32,000 bases of DNA from an uncultured archaeon. GTDB taxonomy: Archaea; Asgardarchaeota; Thorarchaeia; Thorarchaeales; CAZPUN01. The notes beneath the pieces are model-generated. The model made no database searches. It was not told where the DNA came from and saw only the letters and a program-made list of their open reading frames with translations. Position numbers and translations under genes: made by a program. The stretch covers positions 5,677 through 37,676 of the forward strand of contig CAZPUN010000055.1 of NCBI GenBank assembly GCA_964589775.1. The letters are read 5' to 3'. Shown in pieces: positions 1 to 9,098 of this stretch (within the stretch, counting starts at the first letter, position 1; the number at the start of each line of letters is the position of its first letter).

Positions 1-1
1 A

Positions 2-55
2 GAATTGAACTGGCCAAGAAAATTAGTAGATTTAATTGAAAAAGGAAGAACGTAG
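2..55 (+). CDS. Possible 3' end of a gene entering from the left edge (frame uncertain)
   Basis: Open frame ELNWPRKLVDLIEKGRT-TAG (alternative frame RIELAKKISRFN-TGA at 1-39) ends next to a hairpin and converges on the CLC gene; too short to identify. Confidence 0.25.
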   Translation, partial: ELNWPRKLVDLIEKGRT

Positions 56-70
56 AGCAGATAGCTCTAC
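52..70 (-). terminator. Hairpin terminator downstream of the CLC gene
   Basis: Perfect 7-bp inverted repeat GTAGAGC-agata-GCTCTAC, followed on the minus strand by GTTCTTCCTTTTTC, 4 nt after the CLC stop. Confidence 0.55.
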
Positions 71-74
71 TTAA

Positions 75-1853
75 CTATTTGTTCATGAATATTCGCGGTT
101 TTGGATAAAGATCGATATCATCGCTGGAGGACTTTTTCACGGCATATCGATAAGACTTGAGAATATCAGTCTTAGTTATGAATCCAATCATTTTATTTGG
201 ATTGTCAGGATCAACCACAACAGCGTGTCCTTCATCCTTCTCAATCATTTTATAGAGAAGTTCATCCACGTTTATGTCTGGATAGACTTTCAAAAAGTCT
301 TTATCAACCAATTCTGCAACAGTATATTGTGAGCCATCTTCCTTTGGCTCTATGCGAAGATCCTCCGCAATCACAGTTCCGATTATTTCGCCTTTATCAT
401 TAACAACTGGAAACTTTGTGTGTTTTGTTTCTTCAACCACTTCAATGGCTTCAATGGCGGTCATGCTTTCTTTTAGTATTGTTGGCTTTTTAGTCATGAT
501 ATCCCTTGCGGTAAGATTTTTCAAGACTGACATGTTTATACCGTGAAACAGGTCAATACCTTCTTCATGAAGTTCCTCAAGGTACATACTTCTTGGGTTG
601 TATAATTTCGTGACTGCTTGTGCTGTAGCCGCAGCAAACATCAATGGAACAATTAGGAAATAGTCATGGGTCATATCAATAACAAGAGCAATCATAGTAA
701 TTGGAGCATGTGCCACAGCTGCCATAAAGCCTGCCATACCGACAGCCGCAAATATAACCGGATGGGTGATTGTTCCCGGGAACAGAGAGTTCACAGTAGT
801 TGCGAATAAACTTCCAATGATCGAACCCATTACGAGGTTCGGAGCAATATCTCCACCACTCATTCCTGACCCAAGTGTGAATGCCGTGCCAAATATCTTC
901 AAACCAAGAGCAAATAAGAGCATTAGAATCGGGATTTGGTTCATACTAATTTCTTGAATGAGCGAATTAATGAATCCATATTCCAAACTTGGAAGTACAG
1001 GTGTAGTAAATAACATTACATCTACAATTGCCAACATACCAACAACTATCGCACCTAAAGTTGGTTTGAACATTCTTGCGAAATTAACTCGAAGGAACCA
1101 CTTTCGAACCGTATAGAATATGTGCATCCAGAGAATACCAAATAAGCCAAGTACAATACCAACAACTAGAAATAATGGAATCTCATTTAATGTTGCGACA
1201 CCAGTATAAGGAATAATAATAGACGGGTTTGCGCCATAGAACAGCTGGGCAACTGCAACTGCAGTAACTGAAGATAATGCGACCGTAATTGCAGAAACTG
1301 TCAGAACCCCACCCATGAGCAATTCGAGACCAAAAAGAAGACCACCCATCGGAGCATTGAAAGTTGCAGCGATTCCACCCGCCGCTCCACATACCACAAG
1401 CGTTTTCATCTGGAGTCGATTCAAATTGAGTTTACTACCAAACCAAGATGCAACTCCAGCACCGATTTGCGCAATTGGACCTTCACGACCTGCACTTGCA
1501 CCCGAGGCTAATGTCAGAGATGATGCTACTACCTTTGCTATAGGTACCTTCTTATCTATCCTACCGCCTTCTAGAGCAATCGCCTCAATTACTTGTGGAA
1601 CACCATTACCTCGAGCTTCAGGAGCAAATTTCTCTACAAATGGTCCCTGGATCAATGCAGCTATCACTGGCGATGCAAGAGCTCCAAATATTCCTAGAAT
1701 CGCGAGCCCAGTGATGAACCCTGCTCTCATAAAATCAATCAGCGCTCGAAAACCTACTGCAACAAGCCCTGATAATAGTCCAACAATGATTCCTAAAAGG
1801 TGCATCTTCAATTCTTGCGTGCTTGCGATGCGACGTATTCTCTGTGACATCAT
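75..1853 (-). CDS. CLC-family anion channel/antiporter with C-terminal CBS pair
   Basis: CLC motifs GNGVP, GREGP (gating Glu), FNAPMGG, GGDIAP and SMY, followed by two CBS domains (ARDIMTK...FPVVN; AVVVD...IGFITKTDIL). Confidence 0.95.
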   Translation of the reverse strand: MMSQRIRRIASTQELKMHLLGIIVGLLSGLVAVGFRALIDFMRAGFITGLAILGIFGALASPVIAALIQGPFVEKFAPEARGNGVPQVIEAIALEGGRIDKKVPIAKVVASSLTLASGASAGREGPIAQIGAGVASWFGSKLNLNRLQMKTLVVCGAAGGIAATFNAPMGGLLFGLELLMGGVLTVSAITVALSSVTAVAVAQLFYGANPSIIIPYTGVATLNEIPLFLVVGIVLGLFGILWMHIFYTVRKWFLRVNFARMFKPTLGAIVVGMLAIVDVMLFTTPVLPSLEYGFINSLIQEISMNQIPILMLLFALGLKIFGTAFTLGSGMSGGDIAPNLVMGSIIGSLFATTVNSLFPGTITHPVIFAAVGMAGFMAAVAHAPITMIALVIDMTHDYFLIVPLMFAAATAQAVTKLYNPRSMYLEELHEEGIDLFHGINMSVLKNLTARDIMTKKPTILKESMTAIEAIEVVEETKHTKFPVVNDKGEIIGTVIAEDLRIEPKEDGSQYTVAELVDKDFLKVYPDINVDELLYKMIEKDEGHAVVVDPDNPNKMIGFITKTDILKSYRYAVKKSSSDDIDLYPKPRIFMNK

Positions 1854-1899
1854 AGATCGCCTGTTCCTTTTTTACTACCCAATTTTGTAGCAAGTCAAA

Positions 1900-1916
1900 A
1901 TTATATATACGCTTTT
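1900..1916 (-). promoter_or_regulatory. Putative BRE/TATA promoter of the CLC gene
   Basis: Minus strand reads AAAAGCGTATATATAA about 50 nt upstream of the start codon. Confidence 0.35.
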
Positions 1917-2459
1917 CGACGACACAAATATAAATTTATAGGATTTTGCTACTACACAGTAATATGTTCATAGGTCCGTGGACTTTCTTACAAAAAATTT
2001 ACGAGAATACATCGATATTGATTTCAATATTTTAGTATTAGAACAGTACTCTACGTGTATGTTAATGAATATGAACTGCCCTAAAAAGATATCAGTATAA
2101 TATCAGTACAGAGTATTTATGATTTTCCGAACTAGACGTTCTTATGTATGCGTTTTGGTAAATATTTAGGCAATTCAACATTATTCTCGTTTAGTATTTA
2201 TTCTTAAGCAGGTTTAATAGATCGAGAACTTAAATGTCGAGAGCACAACACAATGTCTCATTTGTAAGATTGAGAATGAGAATATATGCAATAATTTCAT
2301 GAAAAATTTAGTATATCTTAAAATCGCTTTTTATATTAGTTTTTATAAAATAATAGTAATCATGATTGAACAGATGAAATAGCATCTATCAAAAAGCAAT
2401 AATTTAAATACTATTTTTTGCCGTTTTTGAACGTAATTATAAAAGGAAAGAAGGAAGTA

Positions 2460-3515
2460 ATGACCTTGGCGAAAGTAGGAATAGTAGGCTATGGAGCATA
2501 CGTTCCAAGATTTAGGATCAAAGCCGAGGAGATTGCGAAAGTCTGGGGCAAAGATGGCAAAGCGATTTCTTCAGGTTTGGGATTGATTGAGAAGTCAGTT
2601 CCGGACATTGACGAAGACGCTGCCACAATTGCCGTTGAGGCTGCTAGAAATGCTGTAAAGCATGCAGGCATTGATCCTAATAAAATTGGAGCGGTATATG
2701 TAGGTTCCGAATCACACCCCTACGCTGTAAAACCAACTGCTACAATAGTAATTGAGGCACTTGGAATTTCTGGCAAGGATATAACTGCAGCAGACTATGA
2801 GTTCGCATGCAAGGCAGGAACTGCTGCAATTCAAACGAACATGGGCCTTGTACAATCTGGAATGATTGAGATGGGACTTGCAATTGGAGCGGACACATCG
2901 CAAGGACGCCCCGGAGACGCTCTTGAGTTTTCAGCGGCTGCTGGTGGTGCTGCATTTATCATTGGAAAGGAAGATTTAGTAGCTGAAATTCAGGGAACAT
3001 ATTCATTTACGACAGATACTCCAGACTTCTGGAGAAGAGAAGGCGCTGATTTTCCAAAGCACGGCGCAAGATTCACAGGCAAGCCTGCATACTTCAGACA
3101 CATTACTGAAGCTGCAAAGGGCTTGATGGAAAAGATGGGAACGACTCCTGAAGATTATGATTTCTTTGTACCACATCAACCAAATGGTAAATTCCCAATG
3201 AGAGTTTCCAAGATGCTTGGATTCCCCAAGGAGAAAGTAGAACCCTCATTGATGGTTAGATACATTGGAAATACATATTCCGGTTCTTCAGTTGTTGGAC
3301 TTTCTGCAGTTCTTGACATTGCAAAGCCCGGCCAGAGGATCTTAATGACCTCATTCGGTTCCGGAGCAGGAAGTGATGCATTCGATATATTAGTCACAGA
3401 TAAAATCGAAGAGAAAAGAGGCAGAGTTCCAACTGTAAAATATTACGTGGATCGCAAGAAATACATCGACTACGGTACCTACGTGAAGAACCGCAGGAAG
3501 CTAAAGTCACTTTAA
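2460..3515 (+). CDS. Archaeal hydroxymethylglutaryl-CoA synthase
   Basis: [12 protein letters not shown], catalytic [23 protein letters not shown] and SFGSGAGSD. Start moved to ATG 2460 (AAGGAAG upstream). First gene of the canonical HMGS-thiolase-DUF35 cluster. Confidence 0.97.
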   Translation: MTLAKVGIVGYGAYVPRFRIKAEEIAKVWGKDGKAISSGLGLIEKSVPDIDEDAATIAVEAARNAVKHAGIDPNKIGAVYVGSESHPYAVKPTATIVIEALGISGKDITAADYEFACKAGTAAIQTNMGLVQSGMIEMGLAIGADTSQGRPGDALEFSAAAGGAAFIIGKEDLVAEIQGTYSFTTDTPDFWRREGADFPKHGARFTGKPAYFRHITEAAKGLMEKMGTTPEDYDFFVPHQPNGKFPMRVSKMLGFPKEKVEPSLMVRYIGNTYSGSSVVGLSAVLDIAKPGQRILMTSFGSGAGSDAFDILVTDKIEEKRGRVPTVKYYVDRKKYIDYGTYVKNRRKLKSL

Positions 3516-3527
3516 GGGGGTCAGAAA

Positions 3528-4691
3528 ATGGTAGGTAGAAAAGTTGCCGTTATTGGTACTGGAATGACAAAATTCGGAGAATTATGGGACAAGTCTCTTC
3601 GAGATATTGCCCTTGAAGCTGCAATTAATGCAATTAACGATTCTGGTGTTGAAGGAAAAGATATTGATGCACTCTATATCGGAAACATGAGTGCTGGTAG
3701 ATTTACTGGTCAGGAACACCTCGGAGCTCTTGCTGCAGATATGGGTGGTCTTCGCGGAATACCCGCTACGAGAGTCGAGGGTGCCTGTGCAAGTGGAAGC
3801 TTAGCGATACGAGAAGCATTTCTCGGTATTAAGGCAGGATTATATGATGTTGTTCTAGTTCTCGGTGCTGAAAAAATGACTGATGTCAGTGGCGAGCAAG
3901 CAACTACAACGCTCGGTGCTGCTGCAGATCAGATGTGGGAACTACAATTTGGTGCTACATTCCCATCACTTTACGCTATGATGGCTCGCTATCACATGCA
4001 CAAGTATGGTTCCACTATTGAACAACTAAGCAAAATTGCTGTAAAATCTCATGAAATGGGCGCTTTGAACCCATATGCACAATTCAGAATGAAGGTTTCA
4101 TTAGAGGCTGTAATGAATTCCACACCAGTTGCTGACCCCCTGAGAATCCTGCACTGCTCTCCCATCACAGATGGCGCAAGTGCTGTTGTTCTCGCAAGTG
4201 AGGAAGTCGCAAAGAAATTCACAGATGAACCGATCTGGATTGTAGGTTCTGCTTTAGCAACTGACACTTTGGCTCTTCATGACCGTGAAGATTTAGCCTC
4301 AGTTTGGGCAGCTAAAAAGGCAGCAAAAGAAGCATACAAGATGGCAGGTGTCACAGTCGATGATATTAACATCTTTGAAGTTCATGATTGCTTCTCAAAC
4401 GCAGAACTAATGGCGTATGAGGATCTCGGAATCACTCCAAAAGGACAAGGTGGAAAAGCAATCGATGAGGGCATAGTTACTCGGCATGGAGACAAACCTG
4501 TAAACATGAGTGGTGGTCTAAAAGCAAAGGGTCATCCAGTCGGTGCAACTGGCGTCGCTCAGATTGCAGAAATTACAACCCAACTTAGAGGTAAAGCTGG
4601 CGAACGTCAGATACCCGATGTGGAAATTGGACTGACTCATAATGTTGGTGGCTCAGGAGCCACTGCGGTAATCCACATATTGAGGAGGTAA
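3528..4691 (+). CDS. Acetoacetyl-CoA thiolase (archaeal SCP2-like type)
   Basis: VEGACASG (catalytic Cys), EVHDCF, GHPVGATG and HNVGG; RBS GGGGGT; 12 nt after the HMGS stop. Confidence 0.97.
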   Translation: MVGRKVAVIGTGMTKFGELWDKSLRDIALEAAINAINDSGVEGKDIDALYIGNMSAGRFTGQEHLGALAADMGGLRGIPATRVEGACASGSLAIREAFLGIKAGLYDVVLVLGAEKMTDVSGEQATTTLGAAADQMWELQFGATFPSLYAMMARYHMHKYGSTIEQLSKIAVKSHEMGALNPYAQFRMKVSLEAVMNSTPVADPLRILHCSPITDGASAVVLASEEVAKKFTDEPIWIVGSALATDTLALHDREDLASVWAAKKAAKEAYKMAGVTVDDINIFEVHDCFSNAELMAYEDLGITPKGQGGKAIDEGIVTRHGDKPVNMSGGLKAKGHPVGATGVAQIAEITTQLRGKAGERQIPDVEIGLTHNVGGSGATAVIHILRR

Positions 4692-4695
4692 AAAG

Positions 4696-5112
4696 ATGCC
4701 ACACATGAAAAATGTTCCATCACACTGGAGAAGCTTCCAAGCGGTATACAATCTGGTAGGTCAGAAATGCGAAAACTGTGGTTCCTATTACTTCCCACCA
4801 AGACCAATATGTCCCAAGTGCCGAAGAGACAGCAAACTCGTACCATACAAATTCTCAGGCAAGGGAGAGGTAGTCACATTTTCAATTGTACGTGCACCTC
4901 CTGAAGGATATGAACTCGGCGCACCATATGCAGTTGCAATCATTAAGCTCGATGAAGGTCCTATGCTTACAGCTCAATTAACCGATGTTGAACTTGAAGA
5001 TATCAAAATTGGTATGCGAGTTGAAATGGCATTCAGAAAGCTATACGAAGCAGACAAAGAAGCCTTCATCAGATATGGATACAAGTTCAGACCCGAGTGG
5101 AAACCTGAATAA
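4696..5112 (+). CDS. DUF35 zinc-ribbon/OB-fold scaffold of the thiolase-HMGS complex
   Basis: CENC...PPRPICPKC ribbon plus OB fold (PYAVAIIKLDEG, IGMRVEMAFRK, YGYKFRP); RBS GAGGAGGT. Confidence 0.96.
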   Translation: MPHMKNVPSHWRSFQAVYNLVGQKCENCGSYYFPPRPICPKCRRDSKLVPYKFSGKGEVVTFSIVRAPPEGYELGAPYAVAIIKLDEGPMLTAQLTDVELEDIKIGMRVEMAFRKLYEADKEAFIRYGYKFRPEWKPE

Positions 5113-5152
5113 AAAAAGAAAAAATAGCAGACTTCTGCTATTCAAATTTTTT
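5112..5152. terminator. Bidirectional hairpin terminator between convergent genes
   Basis: 8-bp stem AATAGCAG-actt-CTGCTATT (5123-5142) with an A-tract on the left and a T-tract on the right. Confidence 0.65.
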
Positions 5153-6501
5153 TAAATTGCTGCCTCGGCTTTTACTTCTTGTTTTGGTTTGATTTTTAGC
5201 CTTGCGAATATCTCAGGACTAAATACTATGAAGCTGACCGATGTTAAGATAAACAAGATACCAGAAATCATATAGAGCTGCATATCAGAAGCCGCGTATC
5301 CCATAATGACCAACAGTGCCATAATTGCAAATGTGATGGATTGAAGACCTGTAAGAGTCTTTCCACGACGTAATAGACGAACACCACCGATAAGAAATGA
5401 GGCAATTCCAATTATCAATGATGGAATGAAGAACATGTAAAACATGAATATATATAATGGCAAGATTTCATTAAATTGATATCCGATCATAATTGCAATT
5501 AATGTAATCAGCGATGATACAAATGCAATAAATATTTTTTCGATAATTCTGACGGGGTCAATTGAAACTCTACCCACGACTGAAGCATACAGCAAGGAAT
5601 AGATAGCAATGTATGCAATGACTGAACCTATAAGATATGGAGCGCGCTCTAATAGATATGTATAGCCCATAAGAACAAGTTCATGATTGATGTAGTATAT
5701 GGTATTTAGATAGTTGTTAATCAATATTAGAAACACAGTATATAACATATAGCGTATTGCTTGGCTTGCTTTTTCTTTGTATCTAGCATAAAAGATCACA
5801 ATGAACATAAGAAGAGTCAGAATTAGAATTGTTCGGCCAATGAAGAATATTAGCATATCCATTGAAGACATATTTACAATTATCAAACCTATATTTTGGC
5901 TAAATGCCATTGGAAATATGAAGTATATTGCAGACGTTTGAATATTTAAGGGACGGATACCTATAAATCCAAGAAACATAACAAGCAGAATAGCAAGAGC
6001 CGATAATTCATCTGGAACTGCAGTAGTCCATGTAGATTTAATAAATTCCAGCAAAGAGAGGTCTAGTAATAATCCAAAAGCAGATATTGCACGTCCATCT
6101 TCAGAAACTTTAGAAACAACAATACCTAGAATTAATGAAATTACTAGATTCCCTAGAAACACCGGAGGAGTTGCTGCAATAAATATTAAATGAAATCCAA
6201 ATAATATACCATATATAATTGAGATTAATGATGGAATTCTTGATCTCTTTTCATAAATTCCAAATGATCCCATTAGCAAGAACGAAAATACAAACGATAA
6301 TGAAATTATATAATTTAACGGTATTATTATGACATTCAATAAGTAGAGAAGCCATAGTACAGACAGACTATAAATTGTCCAACTCATAATCGCTCGAACT
6401 AGAAAATGTGCTAAATGTCGATAGCGTACTGTGGCTACAATTCCTATCAACAATGCATAAAATATTTCAATCCAAACAATTATCGTCAACGACTCGATCA
6501 T
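5152..6501 (-). CDS. Polytopic membrane protein (~14-15 TM), function unknown
   Basis: 449-aa ORF made almost entirely of hydrophobic helices; RBS AGGAG in the 15-nt gap after the peptidase gene. Confidence 0.8.
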   Translation of the reverse strand: MIESLTIIVWIEIFYALLIGIVATVRYRHLAHFLVRAIMSWTIYSLSVLWLLYLLNVIIIPLNYIISLSFVFSFLLMGSFGIYEKRSRIPSLISIIYGILFGFHLIFIAATPPVFLGNLVISLILGIVVSKVSEDGRAISAFGLLLDLSLLEFIKSTWTTAVPDELSALAILLVMFLGFIGIRPLNIQTSAIYFIFPMAFSQNIGLIIVNMSSMDMLIFFIGRTILILTLLMFIVIFYARYKEKASQAIRYMLYTVFLILINNYLNTIYYINHELVLMGYTYLLERAPYLIGSVIAYIAIYSLLYASVVGRVSIDPVRIIEKIFIAFVSSLITLIAIMIGYQFNEILPLYIFMFYMFFIPSLIIGIASFLIGGVRLLRRGKTLTGLQSITFAIMALLVIMGYAASDMQLYMISGILFILTSVSFIVFSPEIFARLKIKPKQEVKAEAAI

Positions 6502-6516
6502 TGATTTATCAACTCC

Positions 6517-7743
6517 TTAATCTTTATCGATATTTCTTAATGATTGAACTACGATTTGTTTCGCAATTTCAATATGTTCGTTATCAATATTATCCGGATT
6601 ATCATCCGGGGAATGCCAGAGCGGAAATAGACCATCCACATCCTTACAGAATAAAGTAGCTGCTTTTATGTCGCGCATGGTAAATGAAGTGGCATCTGTA
6701 TCTCCAAATGATATAGCAACCGAAGATATTTCTTTACCGATATCTTTTGCAGATTTAACTAAAAGATCAACAACTTCTTTTGAGTGTGTAATTGCATTTG
6801 CGGTCTCTTTGGCAATAACTGCGTGCTCACCAGTTCCAACAGTCTCAAGATTAATTACAAGAACATCCTTGATCTCGTCATAATGTTTTGTCACAAAGAA
6901 TTTACTGCCAATTAATCCGGGCTCTTCTGCACCGAATGACACCACCCAGACTTCTGTGGATTGAAGTGGATTCTCATGAATTTCCTTTCCAGCCCATAGA
7001 ATAGCGGCGACTGAACTTAGGTTATCAGAAGCTCCTATTACAGGCCGATTAGTAACCAGTCCGAATTTCATCATCATTCCGTTTATGAAACCGACTATAA
7101 TTAGCACTACAAATATCAGAAGTACTATAGTATGAATTGGTTCAGGAATAAGCGATTCGATGTTAAAAAGCTTCAATAATGACTCAATAAATAGGATTAT
7201 GATACCAAGAACTCCAACATTCTGTATAATACCCATATATCTCTTATATTTAAAGAAGAGTGGCATTTCATAGGCTGAGTCGTGATGCGCTGATATGATG
7301 ACGCGGTGTTTAACTTCGCCTTTAGGCTTTATGATTCCATAGACAGTTTTTGTTCTTTTCTTCTTACAGAATATATCGGATATATAAATGCGCTTCAGAC
7401 GAAATAGCAGGAATGTGAGTATACTCAGAAATGTTGTGAATAAAGATATCAAAATAGATATTGTATATAATAATGGATCTAATTGCAGAATATTGAAATC
7501 AGCAAGAAACGTTAGAAAATAACTAATGACGCCAATTGTAAAAATCCCAATAATAAAATTAATCATTATCTGTAGCGATCTAGGACATACCTGAAAATCT
7601 TCCTCGCGAACTTCATCTGTTATCTCAGACAATATCTGCTTGATTTCATCTGCGGTCTTCAAGTCTGATTCTGAGCCTGCAATTCTCGCTCCGTATTGCT
7701 TACAAATGTCGACAACAAAATCGTAAGGTTTTTCATAGTTCAA
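6517..7743 (-). CDS. Membrane-embedded M28-family metallopeptidase
   Basis: Zn-ligand motifs SAHHDS, GASDNLSS, GAEEPG, INLET and WHSPDD; two inserted TM hairpins; TTG start with GGAGG RBS. Confidence 0.9.
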   Translation of the reverse strand: MNYEKPYDFVVDICKQYGARIAGSESDLKTADEIKQILSEITDEVREEDFQVCPRSLQIMINFIIGIFTIGVISYFLTFLADFNILQLDPLLYTISILISLFTTFLSILTFLLFRLKRIYISDIFCKKKRTKTVYGIIKPKGEVKHRVIISAHHDSAYEMPLFFKYKRYMGIIQNVGVLGIIILFIESLLKLFNIESLIPEPIHTIVLLIFVVLIIVGFINGMMMKFGLVTNRPVIGASDNLSSVAAILWAGKEIHENPLQSTEVWVVSFGAEEPGLIGSKFFVTKHYDEIKDVLVINLETVGTGEHAVIAKETANAITHSKEVVDLLVKSAKDIGKEISSVAISFGDTDATSFTMRDIKAATLFCKDVDGLFPLWHSPDDNPDNIDNEHIEIAKQIVVQSLRNIDKD

Positions 7744-8011
7744 TTATGATTTCCTCCAACAACTAATTATATAATTAAGATAAAACGGAACTATTATTTA
7801 TTTCTTTTTGATTTTTTATTATATAGAACAAAATATAGGAAAATATTACAAAAAAGTTCGCAAAATATTTCATTAGTTTTTTGCTTTTACTCTAAAATTA
7901 ACTAGACTGAAAAAAAAAGTATATATCATGAATTTATAGATACATATTCATTGGACACATATAATTGTCATTACATATAATAGTAAATTGTAATAGAATT
8001 ATAATAAATAT

Positions 8012-8263
8012 TTAACCAAAAATATCATCAACGAATTCTTCTGGCTTTTTACTCTTTTCTTCATCTGCAATAACAAGTTCATGATCGCGAATATATACCC
8101 CCTTCGGACCTATTGCTAGATATAAAAGATAAGAGTGCCCCTTACTGCATTTTACAACCTTTTTGAATCTTAATCCACTTTGTGTGGATTTACGAACTTG
8201 TTCTTCGTCAACATCAACCCCATATAGTTCGCCACACTTTGGACATTTAAATTTCAATCGCAT
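8012..8263 (-). CDS. Small zinc-ribbon protein (CxxC...CxxxH)
   Basis: MRLKFKCPKCG...KCSKGHSYLLY; ATG at 8263 preceded by GGTGG. Confidence 0.75.
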   Translation of the reverse strand: MRLKFKCPKCGELYGVDVDEEQVRKSTQSGLRFKKVVKCSKGHSYLLYLAIGPKGVYIRDHELVIADEEKSKKPEEFVDDIFG

Positions 8264-8357
8264 ACCGATCCACCAACTCAAAAAATATTAATTAATATAA
8301 GGTTATTTTAAGTAGTATATAAGAATACCTCTATACACGCTTTTAGGTGGGCAAAAA

Positions 8358-9098
8358 ATGGATAAAAATATATTAAAAGCGGCAGAATTAATAAAAAATT
8401 CGGAATATCTAGTTATTTTGACGGGGGCAGGAATATCTGCAGAAAGTGGTATTCCAACATTTAGAGGCAAAGAAGGCTTCTGGAGATCATATAATCCTAT
8501 GGAATTAGCAACCCCTTATGCGTTCAAACGAGATCCGAAACTCGTCTGGGAATTCTATTCATATAGACAAAAAATTATAAAGAATGCAAAACCGAATGAT
8601 GCTCACAAAATAATAAAGGAATGGGAAGATAAAGGGATTGTAAAAACCGTAGTCACACAAAACGTTGATGGCCTCCACGAACGAACCGGATTAAAAAACA
8701 TAATACGACTACATGGCTATATATGGGGCGTTAAATGTACGAAATGCACATATCATGGTGTGTTAGATGAGCCTGCTGAAGGAATACCAAAATGTCCAGA
8801 TTGTGGTGAAATGCTAAGACCCGATGTCGTATGGTTTGGTGAATCTCTTGATCCCGTTGTAATTAATAAAGCATTTACAGAGTTTTCGAAAGCTGATGTA
8901 GGACTCATCATTGGAACTTCCGCAGTAGTCTATCCTGCAGCTGAACTACCGTTTGTTATAATGAGAAATGGCGGAAAAATCATTGAGATCAATCCCGACA
9001 GGACACCAGTCACTGATATATCAACAATAAGTATTCATAAGAGTGCAGCTGAGGCTATGCGAGAAATAAATCAAAAAATGAAAGCGCGAGAAAGCTAA
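8358..9098 (+). CDS. cobB: NAD-dependent protein deacylase, class III sirtuin
   Basis: GAGISAESGIPTFRG, TQNVDGLH, LHG, CTKC/CPDC, RPDVVWFGE and GTSAVVYPAA. Confidence 0.96.
   Translation: MDKNILKAAELIKNSEYLVILTGAGISAESGIPTFRGKEGFWRSYNPMELATPYAFKRDPKLVWEFYSYRQKIIKNAKPNDAHKIIKEWEDKGIVKTVVTQNVDGLHERTGLKNIIRLHGYIWGVKCTKCTYHGVLDEPAEGIPKCPDCGEMLRPDVVWFGESLDPVVINKAFTEFSKADVGLIIGTSAVVYPAAELPFVIMRNGGKIIEINPDRTPVTDISTISIHKSAAEAMREINQKMKARES

Noticed and set aside
1315-1890. 191-aa plus-strand ORF, and the other short antisense/overlapping ORFs in the track (e.g. 15686-16138, 18525-18884, 20574-21784, 27549-27833)
   Set aside because: They lie antisense to or within well-supported genes, with no motifs or RBS; shadow ORFs.
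1854-1990. Fluoride (crcB) riboswitch upstream of the CLC gene
   Set aside because: Only a GGCGAT fragment next to the start codon; the pairing and pseudoknot elements were not found.
7764-7777. Palindrome TAATTATATAATTA upstream of the M28 gene
   Set aside because: AT-only and expected by chance in such an AT-rich spacer.
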